A DNA stretch of 64,000 bases from a virus. Lineage: Duplodnaviria; Heunggongvirae; Uroviricota; Caudoviricetes. The stretch lies in IMG/VR virus record IMGVR_UViG_3300028886_000034, positions 182,081-246,080 of that record; one strand, 5' to 3'. Below the pieces are notes generated by a model. The model was not told the DNA's origin. It searched no databases and saw only the letters and a list, made by a program, of their open reading frames with translations. Position numbers and translations under genes: made by a program. Positions 10,297 through 19,000 of this stretch are shown in pieces. Each line of letters starts with the position of its first letter. The first letter of the stretch is position 1.

Positions 10297-11739
10297 ATAC
10301 CAACCTCAAGATTAACTCAAATAAGTAATCATATACTATCTTCTTTAAAAACTATAAAAGAAAGCTATACACCTGCAATTGGTACAGATTATATAGAGTT
10401 ATCTTCAGTTTTAAAGAGTATAGTGTTTAATTTTAAAGTAAAATACATCTCAGTATATGTCAATGGAGTCTTCTATGAAGAAGCTGATGACTATACTTTT
10501 GATAATAGAACTGGCGTATTTGTGTTTGCCAACAAGTTTAATGCTGATGAAAAGGTTACTATAACAGTAGCATATATTGATAATTCTTATGGAAGTATTG
10601 ATAATACTTATGAAGACGTTTATGAGAGAGTTAAGTATTATGATAATTTTTCAAATGTAACGGATCTAAATTTTGATGTAGATAAGTTTAATTCATTTGT
10701 TTTAGATTTTACTAAGGATGATAATAGTCCTATTACTCCTATAAGTATACATCTTCCAGATACAGAATCAAGTATTGGTAAATCAATTATAGTTACTTTA
10801 AGGTTTGGTGCTCAAGTTCCTATAATTATTTGGAGTGATAATATAGTTTGGGAAAACAATAGAACTCCTACATTTAGAAAATATGAAACATATATTATAA
10901 CTATTAATCAAATAATTAGTTTTCTTAAGTATACTGCAAAAGTTTCTATTTCAAGATATACTAAAATATTGCAATCAACGAAAGAACCAACTATTAAAGA
11001 TGGAACTATCTATATGGATAGTGGAGTAGAAGTATGGGATGGAGAAGGAGAACCAATAGAAGAGCATATGAATGAGTTGTATCAAGAAGCTGCTGCATAT
11101 TACAATATTAGTGATATTGAAGATGCAACGGATGATGATTTATTATCATATTATTTATTTAAAAAAGGTATGCCTATTTCACAAGCTCAAACATATGTAC
11201 TTGATCATTATATTGAATCTTGGAAAATGTTAGAATCCGACCCATATTATTATGAACCAGAACCAGAATGCAATTTTAATTGGTATGGAACTGGTATGGT
11301 TAAATATGTCTCAAGCAGTAATAGTAATATCGAGTATGATCGTATTACAACAAAAGGTCTTTCAGATTATTATTTTGATCCTACAGTTCAATATATCTTA
11401 AAGCATTCAGATGGTTCATATAGTACTGATAGTAGATGTTTTACATATATTGAAGTTTTGCAATGTGGCCAGTCATATGATCCAAAACTTCAGCTAATTC
11501 AATGTACTTTAGATTTAAATAAATATGGTCTCCTTTTTACTGATATTAATCTTGAATTAAATGCTTCTAATGTAGAAAAAACAGCTTATAATCAAGATTT
11601 TTCATATGCACTTAGTTCAGTTGGTGATAATTCAATAGATGTATATTCTTTTACAAATACAACAATAAGGGATACATTAGCAACATATTTACTAAATAAT
11701 ATTACAGAAGATATACCTATTAGGGTAATACCAAAATAA
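10297..11739 (+). CDS. modular fibre-like virion protein
   Basis: Frame open from ATA 10297 (6 nt after GAGGTGA); VYVNG..DDY module; N-terminus paralogous to 11755 gene. Confidence 0.75.
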   Translation: MPTSRLTQISNHILSSLKTIKESYTPAIGTDYIELSSVLKSIVFNFKVKYISVYVNGVFYEEADDYTFDNRTGVFVFANKFNADEKVTITVAYIDNSYGSIDNTYEDVYERVKYYDNFSNVTDLNFDVDKFNSFVLDFTKDDNSPITPISIHLPDTESSIGKSIIVTLRFGAQVPIIIWSDNIVWENNRTPTFRKYETYIITINQIISFLKYTAKVSISRYTKILQSTKEPTIKDGTIYMDSGVEVWDGEGEPIEEHMNELYQEAAAYYNISDIEDATDDDLLSYYLFKKGMPISQAQTYVLDHYIESWKMLESDPYYYEPEPECNFNWYGTGMVKYVSSSNSNIEYDRITTKGLSDYYFDPTVQYILKHSDGSYSTDSRCFTYIEVLQCGQSYDPKLQLIQCTLDLNKYGLLFTDINLELNASNVEKTAYNQDFSYALSSVGDNSIDVYSFTNTTIRDTLATYLLNNITEDIPIRVIPK

Positions 11740-11754
11740 AAGAGGTGATGTAAA

Positions 11755-12459
11755 ATACCTACCTCACAGTTAAGTCAATTAAAGAAGAGAGTACTTAGCT
11801 CTTTATTAACTTCCAAAGAAGTCTATACTCCTGTTTCAAGTGCAACTACAGTAGTCTTATCTTCGACTCAACAGAATTTTATAACTAATAATACTATAAC
11901 TAGTATAGCAGTATATATTAATGGATTAAGAATGGATGAAGATGATGATTATACGTATAATAGTTCTACGTATACCTTTACTTTTGATGAAGCTTTTGAA
12001 GGTGGAGAAAAGGTAACAGTAGTTTTATCTTATATAGATGATTCAGCTACAGATGTTGAAGGGTTTAATAGTGATAAATATGAAAAGCCAATTCAAAAGA
12101 GTAAAGTGTATTCAACATTTTCATCATCAACTATAGATTTAGATATAAACAATTATAGTTTATTTGTTTTAGATTTTACAACAACTACACCTAATACCTT
12201 AACAATTACTGTACCAAATGTTTCAGGTGACGCTATTGGTAAAGTATTTGTATTGAGTATGCTAATGGGTAGTTCTTCAGTACCTGTTATTACATGGGGA
12301 AATAATATAGTTTGGAATACACCAGATTATACTGCTCCAGATTTAGAAGTAAATAAGGCATACAATATTTCATTTTTCCAAGCTAATGCCAGTACAAAAT
12401 ATATTGGTAATGTAAATAGTGAGTTTAATACTGACGATTTAGTTATATCTTCATCTTAA
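11755..12459 (+). CDS. modular fibre-like virion protein
   Basis: Frame open from ATA 11755 (PTSQLSQLKKRVLSSL...); VYINGLRM..DDY module; IVW...P module. Confidence 0.75.
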   Translation: MPTSQLSQLKKRVLSSLLTSKEVYTPVSSATTVVLSSTQQNFITNNTITSIAVYINGLRMDEDDDYTYNSSTYTFTFDEAFEGGEKVTVVLSYIDDSATDVEGFNSDKYEKPIQKSKVYSTFSSSTIDLDINNYSLFVLDFTTTTPNTLTITVPNVSGDAIGKVFVLSMLMGSSSVPVITWGNNIVWNTPDYTAPDLEVNKAYNISFFQANASTKYIGNVNSEFNTDDLVISSS

Positions 12460-12484
12460 TTAACTAGGATAGTGAACTTGTATT

Positions 12485-13510
12485 ATGATTAATTATGGTA
12501 GAAATTTTACGTTGTTTACATATAATAGAGAATTAATTCTTGGTATAGAATATGCTAAGAGTACACATACATGGAGGAGAATAGACCATAATTCTGAAGT
12601 AGTTACATTATCTACAGATTATATTAATAATTATCCTTTATATAGAGATATGGAAGATGTTGTTATTGATGGCTGTGATATGGTGAGAGTACCTAAATTT
12701 GAGTTTTTATATGTTTCTGATAATACCAGTAATAAATGGTTTATCTCACCATATCGTTTTAAAATAGATAATGTTGCTTCAAGTGTTCATCCAGCTTTTG
12801 TATATAATGGAACACCTGTATCATGCGTTTATATTGGTAAATATGAATGCTGTATTGATCCTGAAGATAGTACAAAGTTTAGTTCATTATATGACCAAGA
12901 TTTTGCATGTGAATTAACTTTAACACAGGCAAAAGAAAAAATAGAAAATAGAAATGTAAACGGAGTTACAGGGTTTGAAGTAATGAACATATTCCATATA
13001 GCAGCTTTACAAATGCTGTTTTTATTTGATAAAGCTAGTCCTGATTCTCAGAAATTATGTGGAGATGGACAATCTAAAGCAAAAACAAAAACTGGTAAAA
13101 GCAATGCTGTGTGGAGAAACTTCCACGAGCTTTGGGGGAATGGACCTACTGTAATTGATGGTATATTGAATAGACAATGGGCATTATATTTGTGGGAAGA
13201 TTCTGGTAATCATACTTTAGTAGATACAAACCAAACAGTTGTTTCTAGTACAGGCGGTGGGTTCTTTGCGACTATGGATGATTATACTGCAAGTAGAGGT
13301 TTATTTATACCTAAAACAGTTCAATCAGCAGAATCTAATTCAATAATACCAGATAAGTTTTGGAGTAAAAGTGGTGAAATGATAGCTACACATGGTGGAA
13401 GCTGGACTTCCAAAGAAGGTGCTGGTTTATTTAATCTCGGATTAGACAATACAGAATCTTCATTAGCCACCACCAGATATTCCTTTAGAATGGCTAATAG
13501 AGGATTTTAA
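12485..13510 (+). CDS. C-type-lectin/FGE-fold receptor-binding-like protein (Mtd-like)
   Basis: MVRVPKF, HPAF, YIGKYE, ELWGN, HGGSW..AGLF.L, terminal RYSFR motifs. Confidence 0.65.
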   Translation: MINYGRNFTLFTYNRELILGIEYAKSTHTWRRIDHNSEVVTLSTDYINNYPLYRDMEDVVIDGCDMVRVPKFEFLYVSDNTSNKWFISPYRFKIDNVASSVHPAFVYNGTPVSCVYIGKYECCIDPEDSTKFSSLYDQDFACELTLTQAKEKIENRNVNGVTGFEVMNIFHIAALQMLFLFDKASPDSQKLCGDGQSKAKTKTGKSNAVWRNFHELWGNGPTVIDGILNRQWALYLWEDSGNHTLVDTNQTVVSSTGGGFFATMDDYTASRGLFIPKTVQSAESNSIIPDKFWSKSGEMIATHGGSWTSKEGAGLFNLGLDNTESSLATTRYSFRMANRGF

Positions 13511-13627
13511 TAAATATTTAAATTAAAGTGTATCTGTAATAAAAAAGAGTAAGAGCATTAGAGAATAACATATTATAGATAAAATTTTTAATAAATAGTT
13601 TTACCCCTAAGGTGGTGAGACCAAGTT

Positions 13628-14416
13628 GTGATTAATTATTCTAGAGCTTTTTTATTAAGTTACACTCCATAACCTACTCTAGATTTGACACATTATGCAA
13701 GAGATAATATTGAGGATTATGAAACTATAACAAGCCTTTCTGTAGATACAAAGAATCAGCTAAAATAGCTAATATGTATTATGCATTTAGTGATTGCGCA
13801 GAATTAGGGTCTATAGATGCGACTCATTGGGATACTTCTGTCTGTAATAATATGGGGTATGCTTTTTATAATTGTTCGAAGCTCTCAACCCTTAATATAT
13901 ACACCTTAGATGTCTCTAATGTTACATCCTTTTCCAATACGTTTAGAGGATGTTCAACATTAACCTCAATAAATTTAGCTACATGGAATGTTACAGATAA
14001 ATGTACAACCTTAACCAGTATGTTTTATGGTTGTTCAGCTTTAACTACTATAACCTTTGGAACTAATTGGGATACTTCTGAAGTTACAGGTGCTGGAAGT
14101 ATGTTTAGAGGATGTAGTAAGCTTACTACTTTAAATAATGTAAATAGCTTAGACTTTACTAAGTGTACAACTTTTTCATATATGTTTTATAATGATAATT
14201 CATTAGTTAATCTTAATATATCTGATTGGTATAGTGAAGCAACTACAACTACAACATACATGTTTTATAATTGCTCAAGATTAAGAAATATAGATGTAAT
14301 TAGACACCTATAAATCTGCTACCTACTGGTCTGATAGAGCAGAACAATTTGATGCTATTGAAGATTATACCATTACAAGGAATAATGGTAGAGTTACAGT
14401 TACTCCTAATTCATAA
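13628..14416 (+). pseudogene. disrupted BspA/DUF285-type repeat protein
   Basis: GTG 13628 MINYSRAF.. (like 12485 N-terminus) stops at TAA 13670; frameshift into WDTS.V.NM..MF.GCS.L repeats (13774-14313); second shift into TYKSATYWSDRAEQF..; ends 14416. Confidence 0.7.
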
Positions 14417-14448
14417 AACTAGTTAGAAAGAGATAGAGGTGATAACAA

Positions 14449-15852
14449 ATGACAACAAAACTTAAATTAAATCAAGTTTATCCTGTACCAGCTCAAGCTT
14501 CTAATTCAGAGTTAACTGGTACACCAACTGCACCAACCCCAGCTACAGCAAATAGTTCTACTAATATAGCCACAACTGCTTATGTAAAAGCTTGTGTTCC
14601 AAAATCAGTCGGATCAGCGACTAAACCAGTATATACTGATAGCAATGGTGTAGTAACCGTAGGTATATATGAATTAAATAAAACTGTTCCGTCAAATGCT
14701 GTATTTACAGATGTTAATGTTACTGCCACTAAAATAGCATATCCATCAAGTTCTACAAACTATTACCCAGTAGCTTCTAATGCAGATGCAACTGGTACTG
14801 CTGGACTATATAAATTTGGAGCTGATATTAGATACCAGGTTAAAGCTGGTACAACTTCGGCTGAGGGCCAAGCCGAATTAATACTAGGTAATAGTACAGC
14901 CTCTGGAACTGCTAATAATACTACAGGCTGTTTATGCTTATATAATAATTCTGGAAAATATTATAATGTGTATCCACATTCTGGAGATACAACTAATAGA
15001 AATATTTACTTCCCTAAATCTGGGGGTACATTAGTTTGTCATACAACAGATACAGCTATTGGTAATGCTGATACACCGGTATATGTTGACGCCAACGGAG
15101 TTGTAACAACAACTGGTAAAAGCTTTGCTAATTATGTTGCAACTTCGGGTAACCAAACAATTGCCGGTACTAAAACTTTTTCAGGTCAGGTTATATTAAC
15201 TAAAAATACTGAAGTATCCTATACAGCATCAACTGCCGTAGCCTTAATAGTAGGTGGAGCTCAAACCGCAGCGCATTTAGAATTCGATGCAAATGAAATC
15301 ATTGCTAAATCAAATGGAACAACAGTTACTACTCTTTATATTGGCGGAGGAAATGCGAGTGTGTATCATTCCACTACGGCTATGGCACCTAATAATACAA
15401 ATGTTATTACATTAGGCGCTTCAGGAAAAGTTTGGAAACAATTATATGCAGCTACAACTACAATAAGTACTTCAGATGAAAGGCAAAAACAACAAATAGA
15501 AGCTATCCCAGATGAAGTATTAGATGCTTGGGGAGAAGTAGAATTTAAGCAATTTAAATTCAATGCTTCAGTTGAAGAAAAAGGTTCTGAAAATGCAAGA
15601 ATTCATATGGGGTTAATAGCGCAAAGAATAAAAGAAGTATTTGAAAAACATAATTTAGATCCATTTAAATATGGTTTCTTCTGTTATGATGAATGGGATG
15701 TTCGTGAAGACCCTAAAGATGAAAATAGCCCTATAATCAGAAGAGAAAATGGATATGCCATTAGATATGAAGAAGCTTTAATTATAGAAGCTGCATATCA
15801 AAGAAGAAAGCTTAAAAGATTAGAAGAGTTAGTTAATACGCTAATAAAATAA
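14449..15852 (+). CDS. tail fibre/spike with C-terminal intramolecular chaperone (peptidase S74-type)
   Basis: PTAPT..ATTAYV repeat; TSDERQKQQI..DAW..HMGLIAQ..IRYEEAL chaperone motifs. Confidence 0.85.
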   Translation: MTTKLKLNQVYPVPAQASNSELTGTPTAPTPATANSSTNIATTAYVKACVPKSVGSATKPVYTDSNGVVTVGIYELNKTVPSNAVFTDVNVTATKIAYPSSSTNYYPVASNADATGTAGLYKFGADIRYQVKAGTTSAEGQAELILGNSTASGTANNTTGCLCLYNNSGKYYNVYPHSGDTTNRNIYFPKSGGTLVCHTTDTAIGNADTPVYVDANGVVTTTGKSFANYVATSGNQTIAGTKTFSGQVILTKNTEVSYTASTAVALIVGGAQTAAHLEFDANEIIAKSNGTTVTTLYIGGGNASVYHSTTAMAPNNTNVITLGASGKVWKQLYAATTTISTSDERQKQQIEAIPDEVLDAWGEVEFKQFKFNASVEEKGSENARIHMGLIAQRIKEVFEKHNLDPFKYGFFCYDEWDVREDPKDENSPIIRRENGYAIRYEEALIIEAAYQRRKLKRLEELVNTLIK

Positions 15853-15862
15853 CTTTTTATTC

Positions 15863-15908
15863 AGAAACTCTAGTTAGTATGTCTTTTACTTGCTAGAGTT
15901 TCTTTTTT
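15863..15908 (+). terminator. intrinsic terminator
   Basis: AGAAACTCTAG/CTAGAGTTTCT stem plus T-run. Confidence 0.7.
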
Positions 15909-16001
15909 CAATTTGAACTTTAAAGTAACTTTTATTGTTAGGTTACTTTTATTAATATATTTTATTTTTTAGTTTTTAGTTTTTAAAGGGGTGAGGAACT
16001 A

Positions 16002-19000
16002 TTGGCAGATAATCTGAATAGTACATCCAGTCATGGATTGTTAAATTCTCTAGGAGGAATGACTAGAAGTACTCCAAATATTGTACCTCAAAGAGTTAAT
16101 CCATCGGGAGGTGGGTTACTAAATAATAATGTTAACTCTACTTCATTAGCTAATGTTAATTTACAAAGGCAGCAAACTAATACAAATCAAGTTGACACTC
16201 GGTTGATGAGTAGTTTAAATATTAATATTGATAAACTTTCTATTAAGTTTGATGAATCTATTAAAACTCAAACTACAGAATTAAAAAATAGCTTAGGTGA
16301 TATTAGAAAATCGATTACAGAAGGCTTCGAGTCTGTAACTAATCTTATGAGCCAATTATTTCAAGATAGAACGGCATTGCTTCAGGAGCAAATGGCTATT
16401 CAAGAAAAATTATCAGAACATGAGCAATATTTTAATGGATTTATTTCTACGTTTATTAGTAAAAAATTTAAGTCATTAACTGATTCCGTTAATTTGATTA
16501 GTTTAAAAGACGTTAAAGAGACTATTGTTAGATTTACAACTCAAAACGATAAAATTGCTAAATTTCTTGAGCTAACTCCATTAAGCTATTTAAAGCCTAC
16601 TGCTAAATTAGCGCCTTTTACAGAAGAACTTTCGGATGCAATAAAATCTAGCGCAAAAAGTATGGCAGAGGTTAGTGCCTATATACAATCACAATACCAG
16701 CTGAACCAGGAAATTTTAGATCAAGTGACTAAGCCCCAAATGAAAATTATGGTTAATTATCTAAAACAAAATAATATGTTAATTAAGCATGCTAGTGATT
16801 CTACAAAATATTTAGCGTCAATATATCAAATGCTTCATTACAATTTTAAAGAAAAACCTGAAAAGGAATTACGTCAAGAGCAAACTAAACTTAATAATGC
16901 TCAAAGTTCTCTTAAAACTATTAACGATAAAATACGATATGGCCAAACATTATCTCCAAGTGACCGTAAAAATGCACAAAAATACCAAACTCAGATAGAG
17001 GAAAGTACAAAAAAGATAAGTGATATAAGAACAGATAAATCTAAAATATTTGATACTAAAATTAAATTAGATAAGAAACCTAATTATAATGTAAAAGAAT
17101 TTTCTAAACTTTCAGGTACTATAGATAACTTAGTTCAGCAATTAAGACAAAATGTGATATCTGTTGATAATAATACTTCCGAAATTCAAAAAGCAGTTTC
17201 AGCATCGGATATCTTTAAAAAAATAGGGCTATCTTTATTGAATCCTATGACATGGGGTAAGTTAATTTTTGGGAGTCCTATTACTAAGTTAATGAAATAT
17301 ATATTTTACTATAATATTGCTAAAACAGGCATTGATTGGGGCAGAAAGGGATTAAATTATGTTAAAGGAATTGAATTACCAATTAAAAGAGAAAATGGCA
17401 CACCATATACTATAGGGTCTGTTTTTGGATCGGGATATAATGCAGTTAAAAAATATGCTATTGATCCTTTATTGAGCGGTATTAAATCTATATTTAAATG
17501 GATGTTAGGTGAAGAATGGTTTACTAAAGTGAGCTCAACTCTTACTACAATTAAAGATTCAATATCAACTGTGTGGAATGCTATGTTTGGTTCTGAAATA
17601 GAACAAGCTCAGGGTAGAAAAAGAATTGGAGAATTTTTGTCTGAGTATATTCAAAAAGGCGTAGCGGTATTAACTAAAACATTACTACAAGTAGCGTCAC
17701 TATATACTGGTATAAAGGCACTTCAAAATCCTGATAAATTAAAAGATGCATTTAGTAAAGTAGGGCTTACTAAAGTAGTTGAAAAAACTCGTGGTCTAAT
17801 CGGCTTAAATCAAGACCAAAGAATAATTCGGGACGCTCAATTACAAGGAATGGCAAAAATGGCACACGACGAGTATGGAACACTTCATAATGTTCAGATT
17901 AAAGATGGTAAAGTTCTTGTAGAAGTACCTAAAGAAGCATCTAGGTTTAGAAGTGTTAATTTCCTCAGAGAAAAATTTGGATTCAATACAACAATGAAAG
18001 AATATGTCCCTAATAGGGATGGGGAGTATTATAAGAAATATGCTACATATGATAACCAAGGTAATATGGTCGCTACTCCGGAAGCATATTTTGGTAGAGA
18101 GGCATACTATAAGAGTAAAGGTTTTGATATAAATGACCCAAATATTCATAAAAATGATCGAGCAGTTTTAGACGCTAATTTTGATCAACAAAGAAACAGT
18201 ATTAAGCCAAATCTTATGCAACGTGCTTGGACTGGTGCGAAAAATTTACCTTTTATTGGAAAAGGTTTCGGAGTTTTAGGATCAGTATTTAGAGGATTAG
18301 GTGCATTTGCATCAGGATTGCAAGCTGTGTTAGGGCCAATTTTTTTAGTAGTAAGTGCATTTAAAGTGGTAGCTATGGTAATAAACGGAATAACTTCAAT
18401 ATATGATAAATTTGCTGGTAAGTCTAAAGATCCTGGTGGTGCGATTACTTCTGGAATGGCTAAAATGGTTGGGTCTTGGTTAAAAAGCTTTTTTACTACT
18501 ACTGGGTCTGTATTAAAAAAGGTGTTCACAGCTATCCCTTCTATATTTTTAGGCGCATTTCAAGGGGTGTGGAAATTTATTAGGCGGGAAGGCCCCGGAT
18601 TAGTTGTATCTTCACTTAAGGCATCTATTTGGCTATTTAAAACTGTAATTTGGGAACCAATTAAGTGGTTAGGCGCTAAAATTAAAATGGGTTTAGAATG
18701 GCTTGGATCAAAACTGACATTCGGACGTTGGAAACCTGAATGGATGAAAGATCCTACAAAAGTAGCTATAGAAAAACATAAATTTGATAATGGTGGAATT
18801 TTCAATAAAAATCCATATTTATATACCGCAGCAGCAAGTATAGATCTAGAACAACTCAAGAATTTAGATCCAACTAAAATTAAAGATAGTCTAATATATC
18901 ATCAAATTAAAGATATTACTGAAAATAATAGGAGTAAACTTGATTCTGATCTTGTAGAAGGATATGAATTATTACTTGAAAGACTTGATCAGGTTCATTC

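Noticed and set aside
13670-13672. Stop-codon reassignment
   Set aside because: Long ORFs read normally in the standard code, TAA ends most genes, and the locus also has frameshifts
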